Source: Psammoneis japonica
Taxonomy: Eukaryota
Reading direction: 5' to 3'
Assembly (NCBI GenBank): GCA_008632985.1
Contig: QPGO01000082.1
Coordinates: forward strand, 186,001 to 250,000
DNA length: 64,000 bases
Part shown: positions 25,525 through 37,909 of the stretch, one piece after another
How positions within the stretch are numbered: position 1 is the first letter of the stretch
How the letters are laid out: every line of letters begins with the position of its first letter
The notes under the pieces: model-generated
Database searches by the model: none
What the model saw: the letters and a program-made list of their open reading frames with translations, nothing else
Told to the model about the DNA's origin: nothing
Program-made: the position numbers and the translations under genes

Positions 25525-27029
25525 AATGAATCCTTTTAGAACTGCGCTTGCCAGTAAAACAGCCTTGACGCTCTCGATCACAACCGCCACGCCGCTCAAC
25601 GGTCGGAATGTCGGGGCGGGATCGATGCGCGGAATGCGCGAAAGTTCACAGTCAAAGTCATGCGCAGTCGCACGGTGACGACACGTCCAAAAGTTCAAGA
25701 CAATGACACGACGGCAAACAATGCAGGAAGCAATGCCTTACGTTTGCGCAAGACAGGGTAGATCAACACGGGGATTCCTTGAGCTGTTCAATTGAAAAAG
25801 GTGGAGCAAGAGGAGGAATTACTTTAGCTCTGCTTTTGGTGTTGAAGGAACAACTTCAGGAGCCGCTCTCTCATTGTGCAAAGAGTCGAGCACGTGCTCT
25901 TGCTTGTTCTCTTCTGTGTGTCAAAGCATGCAGCCAGCAGAGGCCATCACAGCAGGAACAGAAAGCAGGTGTGTCCAGACACGGTGTGACAATCCCAAGG
26001 AGGACGAGGTGACAACACAAAATGTTGGTGGGTTGAAGCAAGAACAAGTGGGGAGGGGGGGGGGCAGCCTGGCCGCATCATGACGGGGCCACCAAGAGCA
26101 CTCTGTGAGGGGGTCTTCTTGCCCCCTCTCAGCCCAAATTCAGAACAAGACAAGTGGCAACAAACAAGAAACAGGATTGCCAATGTTCCACGTCAGCAGC
26201 AATGACAACAACAACAAGACATTTTTTTGTGCCCCACCCCCTTGAGTTGTGTGTGAGCGAGGAATCCCACGCAATGCTCCCAAACAGCCACGAGCTCCCC
26301 ACCCAGGCAGAAAGGCAAGACAGACAAGAACAAAAACAAAGAAACAGACCAGCAACACATGAATGGAGTGTGGTTGTTGTCACAAAACCTTCAGTGGGTG
26401 GACAGACTGCCAGGTGAATCCACACAATTTGAGTCAAAATGCAGAAAAGCAGTGCAGCAGGCACGTTCCAGGTGCAGCAAAATTGTTGTGCAATTTTGGA
26501 CATTGCCAAAATCAGCCAGGTTTAAAACCAGTCAAAAGGGAGTCCTGTCATCATCAGGCTTCCCACTCCTTCCTCCCCCTTTTGATCTCCCACTTCAGCA
26601 GATGCGCGCCCAACATGCACTGCAGCAGAGGCGTGTGGGTCTTGAGTTAAAACACATTGGTTTGTCCTGAACCATTGATTCATCTCATCTGTTGCCACAT
26701 GGAAGTTCTCATCTGGGACTTCTTGTTTTCTCTTGGCCATCATGTCATTCAGTCTTCCAGGCTTGTCCCAGCAGTGCCACACAGCCACCGCTTCATTGTC
26801 GCGTCATGTGGCACATGGTGCTCATCATTGCTGGGCTTGTTCATGATCAGCAACATCATGGTCAACAACTGCACTAAAGAACACAATGTTGACAGGACAA
26901 ATTGTGACTGGTTGAACCTTGTGGCTCATGGCATCATGGCATCTTCCAGGCAACAGGGATCTTTCACCCACGTGCATCAGAGTTCTTGTCTGACATCACA
27001 AACAGGAAATGCTCCTGTCATGCTTGAAG

Positions 27030-28340
27030 TTGACAGTCCATGACAGCTTGTTTGAACATTTGAAACTTCTTGCCCTGCGGTGGCTCAGTCATTGAGTCTC
27101 TCCAAGCCTGTCATTGGTTGGACAATGCCGCACTCTGAGATTGCCCTTCTCAATCTGATCATCGGCAAAGAAAGGCCAAACATTGAGTGCTCTGGACTGC
27201 CTTCTGGCACTCCTGTGCCCATCTGTTTCCAACAGGCATGGTGCTTTTGTTGTTCCAGCAAAGGATGTTCTTGTCAATCAGAATTTCCTTGATGCCCCAT
27301 GAGCACTTTCATTTGCAGTGTCATGGTCATCGCTTGCGTCATTGACTCCTGAAAGCTCAGCCTCTGTGCTGCTTTGTGTGTTGAGCTTCTGGCATTTTGA
27401 TGCAGCCTGTGCTGCTCCATTGCCCATGGTCACAATTCCTCCTGTGTGGCTCTTCAAGTCAAGACGTGTGCCATCAATGATGCATCCACATGCCACTTGA
27501 TTGCTCAAAGGTCCTTTGCACTCAATGCAGTGAATTTGTTTTGTGCCCAGCTCAGGCACTTGGTGCAATCAACTGGGCTTCCCTGCTCTTGTTGGCTGGC
27601 TCTTTGACTCATGTGCACAGTGCTGCAACAGTGGGCACACATCCACACAGCCTCTCTTGGACATGAATTGTCCCTTGGACACCCATGCATGGAATTTCTT
27701 TGCTTTGTTGGCTGGAAATCTTGTGCTGCCGGTGTCAAACAGGTTCTCCCCAGCTGGCATTGTGGCTGCATCTGCACTCTTGATCTCTTCCATGAACTGT
27801 CAAACCATGTTGTGAACAGTGTCAGCCATGTTGACCTTTGCCTTCCCCTTGTGGCTGAAGTCCAGGGTCATGCCAAGGCAGTCTCATGCTTCTTCCCTTG
27901 TGTCATGACTTCACCATGGCTTTCACACATCTTGTTTGGCCACCTTAAAAAATTTTGGCATTTGCTTTTGGGTTCATGTGGCTTGCCAACAGGTTGTTCA
28001 CATGGAAATGTGGGGTGTCCTGCTTGCTGTCAACTGTTCAATTGGCAATGCATGGGTCACAGCCACGGGTTGAACTTGAACCCAATTTTCTCCAAGTCCT
28101 TGCAAAACTGCTTGCATCACAGCCATGTGCTCAGCTCTGATGACTTGGATGCAGAGGACTCTCTTCCCCTCTCCATTGTGACCACATGTGGTCCACACAG
28201 GTTGGAATCAATGCTCACTGGCATGATGACCAACACTCCTGCAATCTTCATCATGATCTGGTCTTCACCCTCCTGAGGCTTTGGAGTCAACATCTGCACA
28301 AATGCAGTTGGCACATCTGCACAAACGCAGCTGGCACAGT
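27030..28340 (-). pseudogene. Ty1/Copia RT-RNase H relic (diatom CoDi-like)
   Basis: ADVPTAFVQ...MKIAGVLV...LCGPHVV; GKRVLCIQVIRA; LEKIGFKFNP; TMPAGENLF; DLKSHTGG..TMGNGA..SKCQKLNTQSSTEAEL; RALNVWPFF..DQIEKGNLRVRHCPT; PQGKKF. Confidence 0.9.
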
Positions 28341-28399
28341 GGGTCCAATGACATGTGGACATGGCATCCTCAACTTGTCCCTGGAGATCCTTGCATCAT

Positions 28400-29400
28400 C
28401 CAACCACTGTTGTTGCAGCTGAGGTTGCAAATGTGGGTGCATGTCAGCCAAAAAGCCCCCCTGGCATCTTCAGATGTGTGCTGCAGCAGCTTGTCTGACT
28501 TGGTTTGTTGATGAAAGTTTTCAGCTGTGATGTGCATTTTCTGCACTTGCTTGCAGTGTGATCCACTGGTGATGAAAATTAAAAGCCACAAATCACTGCC
28601 CACAGAAAGAGCACAAATGTTGTTCCTCCTGAAAAGGCCACCATCTCAGATCAGGCCATCCTCCTCTGCAAACTCCTCATGATGTGAGTGAGAGAATGTT
28701 GGCATTGTTTTCCAGTGAGAGCAAACATGATGGAAGCTTGATGGAGGTGGGAAAAAAGAGCATCAAAAGAAGAAGATCAAAAGTTGAGGCCATGTTGGGA
28801 CAGTTCATCAACAAGCTGGCACACCAAGTCTGTCACATCCTTGACACAAGTCTTTTCCATTGTCATGTTTGCCATTCTGGCACCCATGCTTGCTGGGGGC
28901 ATTTGATGCTGAGCCACTGCAGTGGGTCATGTGTCTGTCAACCAATGTGCAGCCCAGGCACTCAAAGAGCAAGCTGTGGCATTGGAAATGCTCCCATGGT
29001 GGTGGCATGTTGTGGAGGCATTCATGGAGTGCAAGCATTGGTGCACAAAGGCAAGCAGCATCAACCATGAAATTGTTGCAGTGGCCCACACAGACTTGCC
29101 AGCAAGTTTTGGACTTGATGTTGATTTGGACACTTCTCCCCTTGCATGTGTCATGTCTGCTTGGCAGGTGACTGTGTCAAAGCAAAATGAATTGCAGGAC
29201 AACTGCTTGAGCTTGTGGAGGAAGCTCCAGTTTTAGGAATTTGTCAAGGCAGACTGTTTTGCAGTGGAAGCCTTGCAGAGGGTGGTGGCATGGGTGGTTT
29301 GTTTGGGATGAGAGCAAAGCTGATGATGATGGGCTGCAGCTTGCAGGTCCTTGGCAGAGGTCTTGTGCTGGAGCTTTCACTGCTGGACAGGTTCAAATGC
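28400..29400 (-). pseudogene. Highly degenerate coding relic, possibly a piggyBac-like transposase
   Basis: Fragments CKGRSVQINIKSK, HNMPPP and GVPAC loosely recall piggyBac-type transposases; very eroded. Confidence 0.25.
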
Positions 29401-30169
29401 ATGTGTCACATGGGTTGTTTTTGAGAAGGGCACTGTGGTGAGACCAGATCTTGACATCCTTCATGGTGCCCCAAGCACTCGGTCAAAATTCTCATTGGGA
29501 CAACTGCAACCCCCAAGAAGGATGTTCTCAAATGTTGTGTGAACATGTGGTGTTGTCAAATGCAAAATCCATTTTGAAGCTTGGATTTCTGCTGGCATTT
29601 GTGGAGGCAATCACAAACCTGTTAGAAGACAGGGTGGCTGTTCATGACATCAGAGATGAAGATGACAATGAACAAGTCCCTCCAGGGGAGGTAATGCATG
29701 ATTTGCTGCAACACAGTTGCAATGGCACCAGGTGGGGGGATGGATTTTGTCCAGTGGAAGTGGGCCATGCATGTTGCTGTTGTTCTGAGCATTTTGCTGT
29801 GGGGCATTGTTGTTGTCATGTTTGCAACAGACATGTCATGTGGCTGTTGCAAGCTGCAGCAGCAGCAGCTGCCAAACTTTTTTCTGATGCACTCATGTCA
29901 GCATGCAATGTTCAGCAATGAGGACAATCATTTTTTTGTGCATTTTTCCATTTGTCAAGGTTGGCATTCACAAAAGAACACAAAAGAAATGCAACCTCCA
30001 GAATTTGCCACAGATTTGACCAGCACCAAAAGTCATGCTGGAAACATGCCAATGTCAAAAAGCACTTTGCCTGGAGATGGAACACGCCTGCTGGCACTTC
30101 TGCTGATGAACTTGAAGCTGGGGTTAAGAACTCATCAGGTGTCTCCTGCAATGAAAACAACATTGTGCA

Positions 30170-31140
30170 ACCTTCTTGTGCAATGAGGGTGAAGTTGGAA
30201 ACTTTCCAGGGATCAAGATTGAGAAGCTTTCTGATGGAAAATTTTTGCTGTCACAACAATGTTTGATCAATGAGGTTTTGTGCATCACGCAAATGGAAGA
30301 CTGCAAAGCAACTCTGACACCTGCTGCTCCCAAGGCAGCCATTCTTGGTGCAAAAACTGATGGACTTCTGTTTGGTGATGAACTGTGGGAATGTCAACAA
30401 ACAGCAGGAGTGGCGCCAACATGCAACTCCTTGTGGGCAACAGGAGCTGGCCAGACATTGCCTCTGTGATGGTGTGTCAAGCAGCAAGGTTCTCCTGTGC
30501 ACCTCAAGCTTCTTGAGCACTTGCTGTCAAGTGCATTTGGCAATGCCTTGGGGCTGCTTTGGATGAGAGTCTCATTTTGAAGCCAGCTGACAACAACTGA
30601 GTGTGGATTGGCTTGTGAGCTGAGCACTTTTTGGCATCAAAAATTCCCAAGACTTTGGCTTCTGTTGTGTCACACACAGGGTGTCTTTCTGCTGTGCAGG
30701 ATGTCTGATTTTCTGGGTCTCCAAGCTTCAATCTCTTGTCGCCATCTCTGCCATGGAAGAAGCCAAACATGTTGCATTGTCTTGGGCCACACAATGAATG
30801 AATTCCTGTGCTGAATGAAATCTTCAAGGAGATGAGAGTGCACACATGTTCAACATGCCTGAACTTCTTGACAAGATCATGATGCATTCCAGTCAAGGCA
30901 TTTGAACTTGCCAGTCAAGGCTCTGAAGATGTGAGTGTTGCTGTTCACAATGGCCTCCACTCCATCTGCTCCTGTGTGGTGTGGTGATGACTCCAAATGA
31001 AAGTGGAAAGCCTGGAAATTGACATTCAACCCATTGTCACTGCCGAGCAACCAGCTGATCAATTTGCCCTGAACTGTTCCAGATCGCTGGGAAGGCTCTC
31101 ATGGGCTGGCAATTTCTCTCTTCATTGGTTGAGAGGGAGA
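30170..31140 (+). pseudogene. Second Ty1/Copia RT-RNase H relic with polypurine tract
   Basis: EGEVGNFPGIKIEK..F.LSQ..LINEVL..MEDCK..TPA; LILKPAD; SHTGC..CAGCLIFWVSKLQS..AISAMEEAKHVAL; TAEQPADQF; LMGW at 31098-31109, then a purine tract GAGAGGGAGA at 31131-31140. Confidence 0.85.
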
Positions 31141-31613
31141 GTCACGATTTACTCACGTTTGACTTTGCTGTCAAAACATGACTCAAAATGTCTCACTGAA
31201 CTCCACAATTTGAACCGTCTCTGATCTGAAACTCACTTTTCCATTGATCTCGATCACTTTTGAATCTCCACAACGACGCCATTTTCAGAATCACATCATT
31301 GTCAACATTCGTTTTATTCTTCTTCGCTGTTGCTTTTAGACAACCTCCTGTCGAGGACTGCTCTTTCCAGCCCAAGCCGGAGTGCACACTCAAGCAGGCT
31401 ACCAAGACGCCACAACTGGCAAGTGATGTTGGATGGAGGAGGTGCCGTGAGAATTGAATGCATTGTGATGCGGTGTGAAGAGGCGCATGTCCGGGTTGTT
31501 AGGTTGACTTTGGGAGGAACATGATAGCGTGAGTGAAAGTGCTAAAGAGAGACGAATGAATACAATCTACTAGTTTATGATATTGGTGAGTAACTACATC
31601 AGCTCCAAGCTAT

Positions 31614-32867
31614 TTATAACCAACCAAAGAGGAAATCCACAATCCTCGAAATTAGGCCACCGTCATCGTCATCGTCAACTGCTTCACCATCACCAAACCG
31701 CCAAACGTCATTGTCGACATTTTTAAACTGAGTCAGGTCGATGAAATTAAAGGTCTCCCGGTCACCACCAAACGTATAAATGACACTTGAACCCTCGGGT
31801 TCCGTGACAACCAAGGAATCAAAGTCGTATTTGACATCTGCCGGACCATGCGCGTTCCATGGCGAACCGCTCAATTGAACCCATTCTTCGCCGTCCACAC
31901 TCTCCCAAATATCCGTTGGGTTGGCTGGAGAAGTGTCGGTAATGTCTTCATTCAGACCAAAGCCTCCATAACACACGATACGGCTCCTGATTGTATTGCA
32001 GGCATGTCCCGGCCTAGGTGACCACCCAGCACTTGCTGTCACGAGTTCCCAAGTTTGGCCGTCGTCAGTCTTCCAAACGTCATTGTAATACGGAGGAGGG
32101 GACCCCACAAAACCACTCTCACCACCCAAGATATAGAGGGAGCCATCCATAACCGTAACGGACGCTCCAGCCCGTGCGGCCCAACCAGCGCTCGGCGTGA
32201 CCTCGTCCCAATCCACGCCATTGGAAGATTTCCAAACATCATTGAAATACCGACGATCCAGTCCGCCCAGCGAGGCATCGTTGCCGGTAGAACCAGCCAT
32301 GACATAGATTTCGTCGTTGAAAACAATGGCACTGAAACCCGCTCGTCCTTCCCATCCCGGATTGTTGGTAAGCTCTTGCCAGGTCATACCACCATCGGTA
32401 GACTCCCACACATCACTGAAGAATTCAGAATTGTCCTCTAGGGGCGGTATACCACCATCCAAGGGATTAAACCCCGGGCCCAACTCAATTTCATAGTTTT
32501 GTCCTCCAAGCACAAAGATGGAATCTCCTTTTGTTACCGCTTGAAAATAGGCCCTTGCAGGAAAATCCGCCGTCTCGACAATTTCCTTCCACGTCTTGCC
32601 CATGTCTTCGCTAATCCAAACATCTCCACGGATAATGCTGTCACCAGGAATGAATGGAATACCGGGCGGCTTGGGAGTCCTTCCTCCAATAATGACTAAG
32701 GTATCGTCGGGTAACTGTACAGCCTGGAGACCGGCTCGCCGTTCCCATTCGGTGTTGCTGTTAAGTTCAGTCCATTTAAAGTCATCGAGGTCTGCTTGGG
32801 CGGCGGTGATACTACCAAGGTGAATAGTACACCACAAGAATGCAGCAATTGAGAGCTTCATTTTCAT
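31614..32867 (-). CDS. Secreted kelch-like beta-propeller protein
   Basis: Signal peptide MKMKLSIAAFLW...; about six repeats of W.xR.G....(I/L)Y(V/I)xGG...NDVW.S.DG..W; no intron. Confidence 0.85.
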   Translation of the reverse strand: MKMKLSIAAFLWCTIHLGSITAAQADLDDFKWTELNSNTEWERRAGLQAVQLPDDTLVIIGGRTPKPPGIPFIPGDSIIRGDVWISEDMGKTWKEIVETADFPARAYFQAVTKGDSIFVLGGQNYEIELGPGFNPLDGGIPPLEDNSEFFSDVWESTDGGMTWQELTNNPGWEGRAGFSAIVFNDEIYVMAGSTGNDASLGGLDRRYFNDVWKSSNGVDWDEVTPSAGWAARAGASVTVMDGSLYILGGESGFVGSPPPYYNDVWKTDDGQTWELVTASAGWSPRPGHACNTIRSRIVCYGGFGLNEDITDTSPANPTDIWESVDGEEWVQLSGSPWNAHGPADVKYDFDSLVVTEPEGSSVIYTFGGDRETFNFIDLTQFKNVDNDVWRFGDGEAVDDDDDGGLISRIVDFLFGWL

Positions 32868-33383
32868 CGTGGGCGGGAGGGGGATAGACAACACTACCTG
32901 CTGTCGCCTGTTCGCTGCTTTGTGCTTGTGGTGCTCCTGCACGTACCGTACTGTACGAACATTGCAAAATCGAAAAATTGTTTTTCATCATATGCGTTGA
33001 ATGCATCGAACTATATTCTTTAATAGTTTTGTATATCGCCGAGATAGCAAATCTTTGTATAAACATATTAAGCTGTTTGTACTGATAGGAACTTTGCTAA
33101 ATTAATGAAGTTATTTTAATAATGAAATCCGTTGAGGTATTCGGAGTATCGCTCCTCAGATGCATACACGGGACTCGCTGACTCTATGCACTTATTAAGA
33201 CGCATGAATATTAGGATAGGTTCAACGAAGTTCCTACGTACAGGCTGTACTGTACCGGCGGCATCGATCGATCGCCGAACAAAAAAAAAAGGAAAAGATT
33301 TTGAAAAAAAGCGACGACATCTCACTTGCACTTCTTACCTCTACTACAGTGCTATTTTCTAGCTAGAGAGCCGATCCCTTACC

Positions 33384-33794
33384 ATGAAGGTCACCATTTT
33401 CATCTCCGTCCTGTTCTCTGTGTTTGTCTTGGGCACAAAGGCTAGCAGTCTCCGCAAGGCGAAGGACCTGCTCCGTGAAGAGGAGGGGTCAGACCCCCGT
33501 CGTCTTGGTTTCGTGATCGACTTTATTCTGTCTCTTGTGGCGAAAAGGCTGGACGAAGTTGGCACCACGAACACGTTTGATTGCCCCCCTTGTACTAGTG
33601 AATGCGAACTGGACCCTGAGCCCTTTGGCGACAAAGGCTGCATGCGGGGTGTGATCGTTGAACCACTTTTCCCTTTCAGTCTCATTTGGGGCGAAGGTGA
33701 CACGTTTTGCTACCCAGTGAGTCTCGTGAATGCGATGCTTGATAACGACCCCGGTACTCTTGGCTGCGCCGGCACTAACGCCACGCGGAGTTAA
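33384..33794 (+). CDS. Small secreted Cys-containing hypothetical protein
   Basis: Signal peptide, SLRK...RRL propeptide-like motif typical of diatom secreted proteins, Cys-containing mature part. Confidence 0.6.
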   Translation: MKVTIFISVLFSVFVLGTKASSLRKAKDLLREEEGSDPRRLGFVIDFILSLVAKRLDEVGTTNTFDCPPCTSECELDPEPFGDKGCMRGVIVEPLFPFSLIWGEGDTFCYPVSLVNAMLDNDPGTLGCAGTNATRS

Positions 33795-35174
33795 GTCAAG
33801 TGACGGTCAAGAAGAAATGAGAAGACCAAGAACAAGATCAGTAGGAGTTTTTGAGACATGTGGTGTCTACAGTCTACAGTACATGATGTTACCAAGCAAG
33901 GATAAATGTGCAGTATTAGTTTATTCGTTGTTAATATGACACGCATTGTTCTTCAGCTTCTTATCATACATCAATGTTCAGGTCTTATTGGTGCCTGTGC
34001 ATGCAGCACATGTTGTCGCTCTTTGGCACTCGGTGCCTTCAACCGTGCAATCGAGAGCAACCCTGCATTCCTAAGTTTACCGCATTTCTTGCATCTAAAA
34101 GTACGTTAGGAACCCCATGTGGAGACCAGTGGTCTAGGTCTACCGGCACTTGTATGGGGAAGTTCATCCAAGCTGTCCCTCTTTTTTCCTCGAGCTTTTC
34201 CACAGCCCGACGGAGGTTGGCCGACAAATTCTTTCGCTCATGGTCCATTGTTTGGAGCATTGTCCATTCTGATGGTGTGTGGTTCTCATCACTGCTGTTG
34301 CGGCATGAGCGCAAGGTTTGCTGTTTGTTGTTTGTTTGCCAGCAGTGCTGTGGGGCAACTTGTGAGTGATGTTTGCTTCTCCTTCAGATGGAGTTCCTTC
34401 CCAGCAAATGATGCCCCCCGTGAGGACAACAACGACGACCAGCGCATCGCACACAATGTGGCACCCATCACTCTCATCGCACAATCTTTGAACAGCATTG
34501 AGAAGATGAGAATGAGATGTCAAGGAATTGGAACATTGTGGAGCATGTGGTGCTCTTGTTGTTGTTGGTTTGACGGTTGCCAGTGCAACTCAACCTCCTC
34601 GTGCAAGGAAAAATTTTTGCACTGCCAACCTTGACAACGATGCGGCCGATGGGAGACAGTCACCAAGGAACTGCTGTCCAAGGGAGTTTGCCCTTGACAG
34701 ATTGAGAAAATTCCTGGAGTGTGCAGGACAAACTTGATGGCTGGAAGAATGTTTGCACAACAATGTGCCACAACTTGCTTGTGTGCAAGCAACACAGTGT
34801 GCGCTTTCATGGCACCTGGCCAGCAGGAAGTTTCAGATGACTGACTCTCAGTGTTTGGCATGTCATTGAGTGCTCAGGCAACAATGCCAGCACTGTGCTG
34901 AGGCAAGGACACAAGTCCTGAGGTGAGGATGACCAATTGCTGAGCCTTGTGCCAGAGCACTGAGCTGGTCGAGGATGAAACTTTGGCACAACCAAGCTTT
35001 CCACTGCAGTGCAGCATGCAGCCTTGGCCACTGCAGAACATGGTCATAGAGTGGCATGCTCTGTGTGCATGTTTGTGTTGTTTGTCAAGCAATTTGAATT
35101 TGTGCATTTCCATGTGTGTGTGAAGAATGTGGAGCTGCAATGCCAGTGGAAAAAGGTGCCACTCGATTGCAGCA

Positions 35175-36060
35175 CCAATTCCTGCCATCCACCATCCAGC
35201 AACTGCCACTCAGCATCCACCATCCACCATCCAGCATTGCCCCACCATCCAGCATCTGCTGTCTGCCAGGTTTTTTTCACCATCTGTCCAGCATGTGCCT
35301 GCTGCCATCCACCATTCAGTGCATGCCATCCACCATTCACCACCCAGCATCTGCCGCCGAGCATCTGCCACCCACTGCCCACATCCTGCCATCCACCACC
35401 ATCCACCAACCAGCACCAGCACCCAGCATCAACCACCCACCATCCAGCTTCCAGCATCCACCATCAAGCATCTCCAGCATCCAGCATCTGCCATCAAGGA
35501 TCTTCCATCCAACATCCAACATCTGCCATCCACCATCCATTGTCCACCATTTGCCAGCCACCATCCACCACCCACCATCTGCCATTTAGCACCCAGCACT
35601 CTCCCTTCAGCATCCATCATGGACCATCCAGCACCCAGCATCTGCCGTCACCCGCAACACCCAGCACCCAACATCCACCAAGGTGAGACATGAGAGAAAT
35701 GATGTGTTGCACCATTTTTGCATGACAGGTGTGCACTGAAAAATGAGAAAACTGTTTTGTGCACTTCAGTCTCAAGTGACAGTGTGACATCATCACCACA
35801 AAAAAACACCACCACATTGATGTCATCCATGCCGCAGCCACACAACAACACATGTCAAAAACAAATTGGAGATCTCTGTTGAGACCACATTGGCTGATGC
35901 CAGATGGTGGATTTTGGATGGTGGACAGTGGATGGCTGGTGGTGGGTGGTGCAGGATGGGCTGCTGGCTTGTGGGTGGTGGATGGCAGATGGTGGATGGT
36001 GGATGCTGGGTGCTGGGCAGCACATGGTGGACAGCAGATGGTGGATGCTGGTTGGGGGGA
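35175..36060. repeat. Low-complexity (CCAT/CCAC/CCAG/GCAT)n tract 35175-35680 and inverted (ATGG/GTGG/CTGG)n tract 35895-36060
   Basis: Directly visible; the two tracts are reverse-complement in composition. Confidence 0.85.
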
Positions 36061-37229
36061 GTCTTTTCACCTGTTGCTGCACCAAAATGACTGTTGAGTT
36101 GACAAAACAAAAATTGGCAACAAAGTTGCTCCCAACACAAAATGTGGAACCAGGAGTGAGCAACAAAACAATGGCAGAGCAGTTGAGCAGCAAAGGCAGG
36201 AAAAATTGTCACAGCAAAGCAGGAGCAGGCTGGAAGGTTGCTCAGGATGACAGCATGTCCAGAGCACACCAACATCAACAGCAGTTGCACATCAACAGAA
36301 TTTTTGCCAAATGTGCTGAGCAATGTCAAGTCACTCTCTTACAGCTCTTTGTTTGCAACTCCAATTAGCAGCAGATTGGGCAGCCATGCAATGATGTGAG
36401 ATCTGCCAGGTTCAGCATGTCTGGCAAATGAAAAGCTTTCACATCATTCATGTGCTTTGTGCAAACTTTCTCATTGGCCAGCATCATGTTTGCTTGTGCC
36501 GTTGTAAAGTTCAAAATGAAAATGATGTCAAAATGTTTGAGATTGTGTCAATGGAAAAACAGACAAGATTTGACAGATCATCAAGGCTGAGATTTTGGTG
36601 TGGTGCACTCATTGATGTGCTCAACACATTTGGGCAAAGCACTCAGAGTTCAGAGTCAATGCTCTCTTTTCTGGCATGTGTCATTTGCATTGTTGTAAAC
36701 TCCTCATGCACAGCATTTGCTTGTCAGAGTGCCAGCAGCTTTTTCCAACTGCCAGTCTGCTGCAGACAGAAAAAACTGCAAAAAAGACTTTTGCAGACAA
36801 AGGCAGGTGACACAGAGGCTGTTGTTGTTGTTGGAGCTTTCACATCACAGGTGTTGCAAGGCACCTGGACATGTTGAAGGGAAGAAACTCCAACTCCTGA
36901 TGCAATTTGCTGAGTGACTCTTTGTGAGAAGAGTTTCACCACAATCAACCCCTCACCTTTGACTTTCATCTCACTCTTTGGAGTTGGTTGTTTGGTTTGC
37001 AATTTGGCACACAGGTGCCTGTAATTTTGCAAGTTTGCAGCTCAAATTGATGACTTTTGGTGACCCATTGCCAAAAAAGATTGCCAAGACAAGTGCATCA
37101 AGTGGCACAGGAAGCCCAGTGGGGTTTCCTTTAGGGAAGATTGACTTGCCAGCTCAACATTCACTCCAAAGAGTTGCTGGCACTGTGCTCAGTGCTTGCA
37201 AACATCGGCCCATGTGCAGACAACCAAGC

Positions 37230-37755
37230 ACTGAATGCCTGCACATTGCACAGCAGAGGAGGAGGTGGAACAAGCAGCAGAGGCTGAAGCTGAAGCTTTG
37301 GCAGCAGGAAAGGTGACAAGAGTCACAGGTCCTGCACTGAGAAATGACTTTCAGCCTGAAATGAAATTTCATCCTTTGTCACTGAACAGCAATGCTCACA
37401 ATGATGCTGTGCACAAAGACATCAAGAAGAAGATCATCTGTTGCATGCAAAAGGGGTGTGAACAAGGCATGCACATCATGGGGTCTTTAGAAGACATGAA
37501 ATGGTGCAAGGATCATGGCTCTGAAAAAAAAACACCTTGAGAGTGTCAATGGGGGCAGCACCTGAGGTGACAGAAGTGGGATGCCAGGATGTGCTGCAGA
37601 AGAAATGGCTCAAAGACAAGGAGCTGGAACATGAGCACAAAGCAGAGCCAAGTGACTGCTGCAACAAAGCAAAGCAGTTTGAAGAGGACAACAAGACAAC
37701 TGCATTTGCCAAGATGGCAGACAACTGCTGCACCAAGCAAATCAAGTGCAGGGCA
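37230..37755 (+). pseudogene. Copia gag-like relic
   Basis: KIICCMQKGCEQGMHIMGSLED and ELEHEHKAEPSDCCNKAKQFEEDNKTTAFAKMADNCCTK resemble the N-terminal region of diatom Copia polyproteins with Tyr replaced by Cys/His. Confidence 0.5.
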
Positions 37756-37909
37756 GTTCCACCCTTTGCACTTGACTCAATGAGGGGTCAACGTCTGTTC
37801 TGCCACAGTTGTCCCACTGGCATCAGGGACAATCTGACCAAGTTGCTGAAACCAATCCAATCTCTTGCACTCATCTCAATGAGAGGTCAACATCTGTTCC
37901 ATGCACTTG

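Larger units (their letters stand above)
25830..31490. mobile_element. TpA-depleted island C (nested degenerate transposons)
   Basis: Very few TA dinucleotides over about 5.7 kb; contains two Copia pol relics in opposite orientations. Confidence 0.85.
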
